From a virus (taxonomy: Duplodnaviria > Caudoviricetes): DNA of 64,000 bases. The position numbers and the translations under genes were made by a program. Below the pieces are notes generated by a model, which was given only the letters and a program-made list of their open reading frames with translations, did not search any database and had not been told where the DNA came from. Location of the stretch: positions 6,491 to 70,490 of the IMG/VR virus record IMGVR_UViG_3300020045_018276. One strand, 5' to 3'. Positions 56,663 to 64,000 of the stretch are shown in pieces (position 1 is the stretch's first letter; every line of letters begins with the position of its first letter).

Positions 56663-56814
56663 TATTTTCCTTTGTAAACTTTAAGAATTTGATACTCTCC
56701 ATACCACTGCGAAATTTGCTCAATTGCTTCGTCTTCGGTATCGAAATCTTTAGGCTTGCTCCAACCATAATCGTCGTCTAGTCTTATGACCCGATAAATT
56801 ATCTTCACTTCCAT
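56662..56814 (-). CDS. small hypothetical protein (50 aa)
   Basis: manual translation MEVKIIYRVIRLDDDYGWSKPKDF...; TAATG-coupled to the integrase. Confidence 0.5.
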   Translation of the reverse strand: MEVKIIYRVIRLDDDYGWSKPKDFDTEDEAIEQISQWYGEYQILKVYKGK

Positions 56815-56816
56815 AA

Positions 56817-57227
56817 TTACTTCTGTATTAAGTTAAGAGCCGATAACAATCCGGCTTCAAGTGCTTCTTCATAAGTTTTGTATAGTGCAAAATCTTTGAT
56901 AGTTACCTCTTGGTAATTGCCGAAGTCCTTATACTTGAAAATCTCAGGGCAATATTTCGGATATGACGTTTGATCTAAACTTGCAAGAACAATAATCTGA
57001 TGCTTCTCCCGTAGCCATTTTTGAAGGAGTGATTGGGTTGGTATAGAAATTGTTATTTCAGAACCTTCGTTCCATTGAGATTGAATATGTAACCGGCCAC
57101 CGCTTGATGAATTAATAACTGACTGCGAGAATTTTTTATCCGTCCATTGATAATTAAGAGTAGGCCACCCAAACCCTTTTTCCTTCGCGAGTTTTGCTGT
57201 TTCAAATTGTACGAGAGTGTCTTCCAT
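56817..57227 (-). CDS. conserved Bacteroidota phage protein
   Basis: FETAKLAKEKGF, PTQSLLQKWLREKH, YEEALEAGL. Confidence 0.65.
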   Translation of the reverse strand: MEDTLVQFETAKLAKEKGFGWPTLNYQWTDKKFSQSVINSSSGGRLHIQSQWNEGSEITISIPTQSLLQKWLREKHQIIVLASLDQTSYPKYCPEIFKYKDFGNYQEVTIKDFALYKTYEEALEAGLLSALNLIQK

Positions 57228-57229
57228 AA

Positions 57230-57856
57230 CTAAGCGTTTAATGATTTGTAAATTTCTTCTTGCTTTTTTAAAACAGCATTCCGCTCCGATTCGGTATTAA
57301 CATAAAGCCTACCAAGCGCAGCCTCCCGTATAGTATTCTCGCTAACTCCAAATTTCTCCTTAAGAATAGGAATTGATCCCCAAACGCTTTTTCGAAAAAC
57401 CGAACGAATATATATTACGTCCGCTTCGGTAAGTTTTCGTCCGGTTCCGACGTTTTTCAATTCCCTATAAGCGTGTTGCATATTTTCCTTAGAAGTAGCC
57501 CATTCTAGATTAGAAAGACGATAATCCGATCGAACTCCGTTAATGTGGTTCACTTGTGGTTTATTTTCAGGATTAGGAATGAAAAGCGTAGCAAGAAGTC
57601 GGTGTATAGAATATCTTTTACCGGATAGCCGAACAAATTTATATCCAGAACTATCTGTTGATAATTTCATATTCTTCACGTATCGGAAATCATAATATTT
57701 CCCAAACGCGTAAAAATCCAACTTCTGATATTTACGGATTTCGCCCAAACAATTAATTGTATACATTCCTTCAGTTCCAGGAATGTCATGAAATACATTT
57801 TCGAAAGATTTTTCCATATAAATTGTTTTTTTTAACATACAACCAAACTCCAACAT
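57230..57856 (-). CDS. HNH homing endonuclease (NUMOD4-type)
   Basis: IHRLLATLFIPNPENKPQVNHINGVRSDYRLSNLEWAT; likely start at MEKSF. Confidence 0.9.
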   Translation of the reverse strand: MLEFGCMLKKTIYMEKSFENVFHDIPGTEGMYTINCLGEIRKYQKLDFYAFGKYYDFRYVKNMKLSTDSSGYKFVRLSGKRYSIHRLLATLFIPNPENKPQVNHINGVRSDYRLSNLEWATSKENMQHAYRELKNVGTGRKLTEADVIYIRSVFRKSVWGSIPILKEKFGVSENTIREAALGRLYVNTESERNAVLKKQEEIYKSLNA

Positions 57857-58060
57857 CTACCGCTTGCTAAACTACAATAAAATACAATAAAAACATCATT
57901 TATTGTAGATTAATTTTACGAAGTGTTATTTTTACTAGTGTTTAGTGATGTTTAATAGTGTAATTTGGTGAAGGTTCGAATCCCATCGAGGTCACAGAGG
58001 GCGCTTGATTATCAATTAGTTAGGCGCCTTTTTTGTAAAAAACATCAACCAAACTCCAAC
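57840..58060 (+). repeat. 15-bp direct repeat CAACCAAACTCCAAC flanking attP (putative integrase arm sites)
   Basis: identical copies at 57840-57854 and 58046-58060. Confidence 0.65.
57973..57995 (+). mobile_element. attP core: 3' end of a host tRNA
   Basis: GGTTCGAATCCCATCGAGGTCAC is a T-loop plus 3' acceptor strand with no matching 5' half; followed by a hairpin-U-tract containing TTGATTATCAA; about 1.3 kb from int. Confidence 0.75.
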
Positions 58061-58832
58061 CGCTATGTTCTTTTAAATTGTCAAATTCTTGAATCGCTTG
58101 AAAAATCTTATAAGCTATTTCCGGAACTATGGCGTTTCCGTATCCGTGGAGTTGCTCCCTAACCAATTTTCCGGATACCCCATTATCCACGCATATAGCT
58201 GGGGGTTCACTCGACCAGAAACCGCCCCGAAAAGTCTGTACAAGTGTTCCGAGGTTCCTCCAGGGCTTCTGTGATGCCTTCTCGTGAACATTGGAAAAGA
58301 AAGTTTGTCTCTGTTGCATTCTGATGCTGTTGGGGTAAGCAACGATATACAGCCTGGCGCGGTGATGGATGGCACCGACTTCTGAAGCTCTACAAACTCT
58401 CCATTCTGCATTATACCCCATTGCGGATAGTTCGGCGAGAATTGCGCTAAAATCTGATCCGCCGTTAGTCTTAAGAATATTAGCCACGTTTTCGGCGACA
58501 ATGTACTTTGGCTGGATTTCTCGAATAGCTCGGCAGAACTCATAGAACAATCCTGTTCTTTCGCCTTGAAGCCCCTGTTGACCTTTACCGTCTTGTTTCG
58601 CGATGCTTGCGTCCTGACAAGGGAATCCTCCAGTAAGAACATCGCATTTTCCTCGGTAAATTGTAAAGTCTGTTGTTGAAATATCTCCGTGTCCTTTTGC
58701 ATTTGGAAAGTTTTTATAAAGTTGTTTTTGTTTTGACTCAATCCACTCGCACCATGCGACCGTTTCCCAATTCATCCAACGGGCGGCAAGGGAAAATCCG
58801 CCAATTCCTTCAAATAATCCGATGTGTTTCAT
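58020..58832 (-). CDS. C5 DNA cytosine methyltransferase (alpha-like subunit, lacks motif IX)
   Basis: LFEGIGG (I), GGFPCQ (IV), ENV (VI), HHRARLY (VIII), GNAIVP (X). Confidence 0.9.
   Translation of the reverse strand: MKHIGLFEGIGGFSLAARWMNWETVAWCEWIESKQKQLYKNFPNAKGHGDISTTDFTIYRGKCDVLTGGFPCQDASIAKQDGKGQQGLQGERTGLFYEFCRAIREIQPKYIVAENVANILKTNGGSDFSAILAELSAMGYNAEWRVCRASEVGAIHHRARLYIVAYPNSIRMQQRQTFFSNVHEKASQKPWRNLGTLVQTFRGGFWSSEPPAICVDNGVSGKLVREQLHGYGNAIVPEIAYKIFQAIQEFDNLKEHSGWSLVDVFYKKGA
58127..58741 (-). CDS. nested alternative-frame ORF, putative methyltransferase beta subunit
   Basis: 204-aa ORF wholly inside the MTase; LLTPTASE and GRVNPQLYAWIMGYPENW (motif IX-like). Confidence 0.65.
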   Translation of the reverse strand: MSQNKNNFIKTFQMQKDTEIFQQQTLQFTEENAMFLLEDSLVRTQASRNKTVKVNRGFKAKEQDCSMSSAELFEKSSQSTLSPKTWLIFLRLTADQILAQFSPNYPQWGIMQNGEFVELQKSVPSITAPGCISLLTPTASECNRDKLSFPMFTRRHHRSPGGTSEHLYRLFGAVSGRVNPQLYAWIMGYPENWLGSNSTDTETP

Positions 58833-59089
58833 TTCATTTTAAATTTTAATATTCCTGGATTAATTATTTCTGATCCGTCACGTTACGCTTCCCCGAATTT
58901 CTCCAACGTTATCCAGCCGAATTCAATCAACTGTCTGTCCTGTAAATTTTTTATACTTTTTAGAGTTAGCGGTTTTTATGCACTTTTTGCAACTTACAAC
59001 ATCACTTGACGATGAAGTCTCAATATCGCCTTTTTGACCGCAAACTGCATAGTAACTTCCTAAGTGGTAAATAATCTTTTTCTCCATCA

Positions 59090-59548
59090 TTACTGTTTTT
59101 TAAGTTTAGAAAGTGCTTCCGAGGCGATTGACCTGATATAATCCCTTACGCCGTTTGAACCGTGTTCGACTTCATAGCTTACGGGTTGCTGTTCTTCTCT
59201 GTCCCAAAACTTACCTGTTACAGGCAACTCCCAGTTAGCGATTGCCTCCAACGCCTCCCTCATTTCCTCATTCTCTTTTTGAAGTGCGGTTATTGTGGGT
59301 TCATTGTATTTACCGAACAGTTTAATAATTTTATCAATCCGATTGCCGTTTCTCGTTTCGTTGTTGCATATAATCTGCAATTCTTTTTTTAGGTTATCCG
59401 CTTCCTCAACGCTAACGGCTTCCGATACATCGGTTTGCGTTTCTGGAACGTCAAAATTATTCAAATAGCTATATCCGCATTCATAGCATTTCGGACAACG
59501 AATACCCATCGTGTTGTTACATTTCGGACAATCTTTTGTTGTTTCCAT
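59090..59548 (-). CDS. hypothetical protein with N-terminal Zn ribbon
   Basis: CPKC...CPKCYECGY. Confidence 0.55.
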   Translation of the reverse strand: METTKDCPKCNNTMGIRCPKCYECGYSYLNNFDVPETQTDVSEAVSVEEADNLKKELQIICNNETRNGNRIDKIIKLFGKYNEPTITALQKENEEMREALEAIANWELPVTGKFWDREEQQPVSYEVEHGSNGVRDYIRSIASEALSKLKKQ

Positions 59549-59549
59549 T

Positions 59550-60239
59550 TTAGTTTTTGTTAAGTGAGTTAATGTCGATTGCGATTCCTTTGTCGATTAA
59601 GCCGAAACGCCAGTCGAAATGATTACCGTCCATAAATTTGCAGATTTCGTCGTACAGCCTTAAATCAATACCGTAGTACGTTTTTTCTTGAATCGCCTTA
59701 ATGAAATGTTCGCAGGTCGATGAATTTAAAATATCGCAAAGGGAAAGCATTAATTCGTAGTTCTCGGAGTCTTCTTTGAGTAAATCCGACAACGGGCGTA
59801 GGATTGGTTTTACGTAGTCTAAATTCGTCCAATCTGTTAAAGGACAATCAAGCAACCCAATATTGTCATTCAGGTTTAAGTAATTCATTACATGAATACT
59901 GGAAGGAAGTGTGCTTTTTGTTTGGTATAGCACTTTCAACCCATACGGCAAATAAGGCGCTAAATGCTCCAAAGTTAATTTGTCGGTCGTTTCCTCACCG
60001 TTTAAGGCGGGGATGCCGTCTGAGATAAGGGCGTCAATCTGACTTTTACAATCTTCAACACTTTTGCCAAAATCAATGGGTTCGCCATCGTAATCGGCTA
60101 AATGAAAACAGAATTGAGAATTTTCGGTCGGGTAATCATTTGGATAAATAGTGTAGCCTTTGTATAGGTTTTCCACATTAGCTTCGGGCGTTGAATCTTC
60201 GATTTGTTTTGCTGTTTCTGAATTTGCTTTGTTTTCCAT
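59550..60239 (-). CDS. conserved Bacteroidota phage protein
   Basis: LAPYLPYGLKV, KPILRPLSDL, HFDWRFGLIDKG. Confidence 0.65.
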   Translation of the reverse strand: MENKANSETAKQIEDSTPEANVENLYKGYTIYPNDYPTENSQFCFHLADYDGEPIDFGKSVEDCKSQIDALISDGIPALNGEETTDKLTLEHLAPYLPYGLKVLYQTKSTLPSSIHVMNYLNLNDNIGLLDCPLTDWTNLDYVKPILRPLSDLLKEDSENYELMLSLCDILNSSTCEHFIKAIQEKTYYGIDLRLYDEICKFMDGNHFDWRFGLIDKGIAIDINSLNKN

Positions 60240-60245
60240 AGTGGT

Positions 60246-60482
60246 TTATTTTGTGGGCTTTAAGAAAACCCTGTTTTTTGTTACTTTCAATATTTTGCAT
60301 CCGGCATATCCAAATGAAATATAATCCTTGTAAACGTTCCACTTCCCAATTAACGTCCCCGATTTGCTAATATATATTTCGGAATAATCTAAAAAAGATT
60401 GATGGTTATAATCGGTTTCAATGATCCAAAAACCCATCTTTTTATAAAAGCGTACACAATCGACCATATTTCCTCTTGCCAT
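60246..60482 (-). CDS. hypothetical protein
   Basis: 78-aa ORF. Confidence 0.45.
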   Translation of the reverse strand: MARGNMVDCVRFYKKMGFWIIETDYNHQSFLDYSEIYISKSGTLIGKWNVYKDYISFGYAGCKILKVTKNRVFLKPTK

Positions 60483-60555
60483 AATTATTGTATTTTGTGT
60501 TCTTCCTGACTGGCTGTGTGGACTGCCGTTTTGGGGGTTAGTTGGGAGAGGGTTT

Positions 60556-60909
60556 TCATGGTTGGGAGTTTAAGATTTCATCAATTTCATTTGCACACAT
60601 TTGAACATAAGCTGTTACATCTTTTCCGCTTTGTTCACCGTGAGCCAAATATAACCCTCCTGCTTTTTCAAGTTCACGGACTCTATTGTCAGGTGACGGT
60701 TTCCAATATTTGGCAGCAAAAGGCCATCCATTTGGAACACCGTAATCAACCTTACCTTCAATCGCTCTTTGACGTTTGGCGGCAGCATAACAAGCGGCAG
60801 CTAAGAAAAGTTCGTTATTTTCGTATTCGCTATCGTGTATTTTACAATAGCCTTCCACATCAATCTGTCTTTGTCGCTCAATAGCGATTAATTCAATTCC
60901 TGTTTTCAT
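60556..60909 (-). CDS. conserved phage protein of unknown function
   Basis: IAIERQRQI..EG..HD, AAACYA, WPF..WKP, RELEKAG. Confidence 0.7.
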   Translation of the reverse strand: MKTGIELIAIERQRQIDVEGYCKIHDSEYENNELFLAAACYAAAKRQRAIEGKVDYGVPNGWPFAAKYWKPSPDNRVRELEKAGGLYLAHGEQSGKDVTAYVQMCANEIDEILNSQP

Positions 60910-61021
60910 AATTTATGTTTTACCCGCATTATTAGCGGAGGTTGTTAATTATGCGAGATTTATGTAAATTCTCGCGGTTTTGGTTACTTTTCAATTATAG
61001 CCTTTGCGTTGGGTGTGAGGG

Positions 61022-61363
61022 TTACGGAACAAAAACATCATGAAGCCCTTTAAGGACTTTAAATGCTCGTTTCAATACACGTCCAATGTCGTCATTTTCT
61101 CCTTCTTCGAAATAAAATGTTCCTTTTAGCTCAGGTTCGCTTGTGTCGCTTCTTTTTACGCCAATGGCTATGTAAACGTAATCGCACTTATTGGAATCAA
61201 TTGCCGCTAAAGCCGAAACCTCATAAATATATGATTTACGCTTTTTTAACCATTTTTCAGTTAATGCGTGCTCGCTTAAATCGCTGCCAAATTCATAAAA
61301 AACATACTCCTCGTCTAAGTCGTAAATTCTTTTTAATTCTGATTTTAAAAATTTCTCCATCAC
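61022..61363 (-). CDS. hypothetical protein
   Basis: 113-aa ORF. Confidence 0.55.
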   Translation of the reverse strand: MMEKFLKSELKRIYDLDEEYVFYEFGSDLSEHALTEKWLKKRKSYIYEVSALAAIDSNKCDYVYIAIGVKRSDTSEPELKGTFYFEEGENDDIGRVLKRAFKVLKGLHDVFVP

Positions 61364-61650
61364 TTCGTTTTTAGTTTGGTTAGTAGTTCGTCGAGTAGCA
61401 AAACAGCTTCATTGTATGCGTTTGCTTTGGAAATTCCACCTCGTAAAGAAGCATGTATGTCGTATCTGTTTTGGAGGTCTTTCTTCACCGCTTCGACTTC
61501 ACTGATAAATGCTGCGGATTGTGAGTTTATGCCGTCTATAAACCCTATTAACTTTCCGTTTTGAAAATCAGAAAAACCCTCTGTTTTAAAATCACTATGT
61601 GACCTTATGTATTCCTCGGCTCTTTCCTCCGCTGTCTTTGTTGTTGCCAT
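61360..61650 (-). CDS. hypothetical protein
   Basis: start reassigned to MATTKT (61650). Confidence 0.5.
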   Translation of the reverse strand: MATTKTAEERAEEYIRSHSDFKTEGFSDFQNGKLIGFIDGINSQSAAFISEVEAVKKDLQNRYDIHASLRGGISKANAYNEAVLLLDELLTKLKTK

Positions 61651-61651
61651 T

Positions 61652-62017
61652 TTATAGGGATTGAAGTTTCTTTTTGAATTTATTAAGCTCTTTGAAATAT
61701 TCCTCAGATTTAATTTCAGTTTGGAATAAGAAATGATGCTCCTTCGATTTGTGTTTGAATTGGTTTTCGTAAGGAGTGCTTTCAAATGAGTCAATAATAG
61801 CTTCATTGAGATTTGTAACCTTTAAGCACCTGACATAAAGTTTCCATCGGGTTTCTCTACTCGTTCCATTATCATAAACAAAAAACTTTCCTTCAAACTG
61901 TTCTCTTAGTTTCGGCAATTCTTCGTCTTGCTCAATTTTTTCAATTTGGTTTTGAATAGTAGCTCTTTTCTTGTTTACAATATTCAAATCGTTTCTTAGT
62001 TTGTCTATTTTCTCCAT
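61652..62017 (-). CDS. hypothetical protein
   Basis: 121-aa ORF. Confidence 0.55.
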   Translation of the reverse strand: MEKIDKLRNDLNIVNKKRATIQNQIEKIEQDEELPKLREQFEGKFFVYDNGTSRETRWKLYVRCLKVTNLNEAIIDSFESTPYENQFKHKSKEHHFLFQTEIKSEEYFKELNKFKKKLQSL

Positions 62018-62047
62018 AGTTTATTGTTTTGTCGCTTTTGGCGGGGG

Positions 62048-62287
62048 TTAACGTTTCCTGTAATTGTGTTTTGGTTTGCTGATGAATTTTGACGGATCGG
62101 GTTCGTGATAAACTTTAGGGTTCCAGTCTAATTCGTTGGCAGTAATTACGAAAGGTTTTGGCTCGGTTTCGAATGGATTTTCTTTTACCGTTACAGATTC
62201 GACATTTTCTATTTTCATCAATCTTTCAGTTAATACCGATAATTGCACTCCGTGTGATGCGATTAATACAATGTTGTGCTTTTCCAT
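62048..62287 (-). CDS. hypothetical protein
   Basis: 79-aa ORF. Confidence 0.5.
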   Translation of the reverse strand: MEKHNIVLIASHGVQLSVLTERLMKIENVESVTVKENPFETEPKPFVITANELDWNPKVYHEPDPSKFISKPKHNYRKR

Positions 62288-62320
62288 CTTTCTCTATTTA
62301 TTTTGCCGTTGGGCTGGTGG

Positions 62321-62641
62321 TTAGCTTGTTAATCGTTTTACTTCAAACTTGCCTATACTTTTTGAATTATGATATTGTTTGAAGTCTTCTAAATTGTTGA
62401 ATAAAGAACCTGATGAAACAAGTATTGAATAATAGTGGCTACTTCCCTTCGTTCCGTATGGAATTTCGACATATCTGTCTTCGGAATAATCCGACTCTTT
62501 TCCTTCAAAAGTTATAATAAGACCTTCGATTGAATGAAGTCCGCCCGTTGCGAATCTGTCAATCTCGACGAAAAACATACTTTTCATAATTGCGATAATT
62601 ATTTCTGCCGATTCCAATGATACTGATATTGATTTTTTCAT
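62321..62641 (-). CDS. hypothetical protein
   Basis: 106-aa ORF. Confidence 0.5.
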   Translation of the reverse strand: MKKSISVSLESAEIIIAIMKSMFFVEIDRFATGGLHSIEGLIITFEGKESDYSEDRYVEIPYGTKGSSHYYSILVSSGSLFNNLEDFKQYHNSKSIGKFEVKRLTS

Positions 62642-62675
62642 CCTTACTTATGTATTGTGCCGTTATCGGGCGGGG

Positions 62676-62834
62676 TTAATATTCCTCTGCTGAAAGGTCA
62701 AAGTCTTTAGGCTTCAACTTTTTTATGAATCGGGCGAGTGCTTTTTTCTTTGCCTCGGTTTTTGACGTTGCAGTCACAAGCAAATCATGTGAATATTTCA
62801 TGTCAATTCCAACTTTGTATTTTTTTGATTCCAT
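62676..62834 (-). CDS. small basic protein (52 aa)
   Basis: manual translation MESKKYKVGIDMKYSHDLLVTATSKTEAKKKA... Confidence 0.5.
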   Translation of the reverse strand: MESKKYKVGIDMKYSHDLLVTATSKTEAKKKALARFIKKLKPKDFDLSAEEY

Positions 62835-62859
62835 CTTCTCTATTTTTTATTTTCGTCCT

Positions 62860-63711
62860 TTACGGGCGGGTTAGACTTTCATAACCAATTGCTTTTTGAA
62901 CTTCAACAGGCAAACGCTCTAATCGGGATTTTGATATTGCCTCATAGTCATAACCTTCCTTTTTCGTTTCCATATAATTCACCAACCATAGAAAAGGTAA
63001 TTTCAACCATTTTTTCAAAAAAGTTCCATTTTCAGCAAGCAATGAAATATTGTTTTTTACCGCTTCCCTGCAATCGTGGTCGCCTTGCCAAACGTATTTC
63101 AAATCGTTTTCAGACACGAAATCATCGTTTCGTTTGTCGTATGCTTCGATTACTGTTTTGAAATCATCCCATTCCTGATTATTCCACTTCGGGCGTGGCT
63201 CTGGGTATTCTAAGATTCCAGAAAAATCTGGTTTTACATGGGTTGTACAGACGCCAGATGATGTTAATCCCATTCTTAAGGCTTCTATGCTGTTCGGAAT
63301 CCACGAATAGTAAAACTTACCACCGTTAACTGACGGCTCAGGAACTTCTCGACCAGCCTTAGCGAAACTCCCATCGTCACCGAATGTATATGTATCGAAT
63401 GACAGAAGTATGGAATATTCGGAATGCCACAAAATGTAAAAATGTTCGGTAATATTATCGCTGTTTATAAACGGGTCTTTTAGAACTACATCGAATCCAA
63501 AATCTGTCAATTTTCTTAGGTAATCAGTTACCGTATTTGAAAATTTAGTATCGTCGGATTTGTCGAGCAGTTTATTTAATTCTTTGCTTTTTTCCATCTG
63601 CAAAGCCATTCCTAAAAGTCCAGTATCGTCATTTTCTTTGTATGACTTTCCTGTGATGTTTTCAGCTAATGATAGCGTGTCAATTGATTGTAATTTTTTA
63701 ATTTCGTTCAT
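62860..63711 (-). CDS. hypothetical protein
   Basis: 283-aa ORF, no motif recognised. Confidence 0.6.
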   Translation of the reverse strand: MNEIKKLQSIDTLSLAENITGKSYKENDDTGLLGMALQMEKSKELNKLLDKSDDTKFSNTVTDYLRKLTDFGFDVVLKDPFINSDNITEHFYILWHSEYSILLSFDTYTFGDDGSFAKAGREVPEPSVNGGKFYYSWIPNSIEALRMGLTSSGVCTTHVKPDFSGILEYPEPRPKWNNQEWDDFKTVIEAYDKRNDDFVSENDLKYVWQGDHDCREAVKNNISLLAENGTFLKKWLKLPFLWLVNYMETKKEGYDYEAISKSRLERLPVEVQKAIGYESLTRP

Positions 63712-63758
63712 CTTTTCTTTTCTTTCGGGTTAGTTATTCGGTTAGGGAGGTGATCGGT

Positions 63759-63971
63759 TTAGTATTCTTTAAATTCAATGTAGCTATCGAGCGCAACCAG
63801 GATTTTCTGCAGCGTTTCCAGTTTTATCTCTTTTCCTTTTTCGATAATTGAAATTCTGCATCTTCCGGCCTTGTCGCCGAAAACTTTTTTCGCAAGTTGG
63901 TCCTGTGTCCAGCCTTTTACTAATCGCTTGGCTTTTATAAATTCTCCGGCTTGTATGTTTAGATCTTGCAT
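63759..63971 (-). CDS. XRE-family HTH protein
   Basis: IKAKRLVKGWTQDQLAKKV...ISIIEKG...LETLQKIL. Confidence 0.85.
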   Translation of the reverse strand: MQDLNIQAGEFIKAKRLVKGWTQDQLAKKVFGDKAGRCRISIIEKGKEIKLETLQKILVALDSYIEFKEY

Positions 63972-64000
63972 TTTTACTTTGTAATTTTTTGGTTAAAATC

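Noticed and set aside
57961-57996. Complete tRNA gene
   Set aside because: Only the T-loop and 3' acceptor strand are present. The 5' T-stem mismatches and no D-arm, anticodon arm or 5' acceptor strand (GACCTCG) lies upstream, so it is better explained as an attP core.
60951-60975. GCGAGA...TCTCGC hairpin sharing 10 bp (inverted) with 53131-53140 as a repeated nut-like site
   Set aside because: Only two copies, in opposite orientation with different loops; not enough to separate from chance.
1-64000. Stop-codon reassignment as in some crAss-like phages
   Set aside because: Terminase, portal, MCP and the 2102-aa gene are uninterrupted in the standard code, and no suppressor tRNA was seen.
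1-64000. CRISPR array or diversity-generating retroelement
   Set aside because: No regularly spaced 25-45-bp repeats, no reverse transcriptase and no TR/VR pair were noticed by eye.

Overview
The whole window is a temperate Bacteroidota phage, most likely of Flavobacterium or a close relative. The host call rests on TAnnTTTG -7 promoter boxes, Gln(+1) signal peptides, a T9SS-type cargo gene and Bacteroidota-type integrase, SSB and nucleoid proteins. 1-39 kb (+): accessory genes, fibre/spike genes, lysis cassette, terminase, portal, scaffold, major capsid, short-tail ring and nozzle proteins and three ejection proteins. From recalled family features, this podovirus-type module resembles crAss-like/Flavobacteriia phages. 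39-64 kb (mostly -): nucleoid-associated proteins, lambda-style recombination/replication genes, antirepressor, Cro/CI switch, tyrosine integrase, an intact attP (3' end of a tRNA), a C5 methyltransferase and many small early genes. Top finding: a compact, circularly permuted (two-piece) tmRNA gene at about 47546-47812 (-), with a G3.U70 alanine acceptor stem and the tag AKVIQLNPEALEVAA. Other highlights: 10-bp-phased TACA arrays at seven promoter regions, a T9SS-like cargo gene right after the portal, a methyltransferase whose second subunit appears nested in another frame, a histone-like plus NdpA-like gene pair, and an attenuator-like leader next to tandem HTH paralogs. All protein family calls are by motif recognition, not database search.
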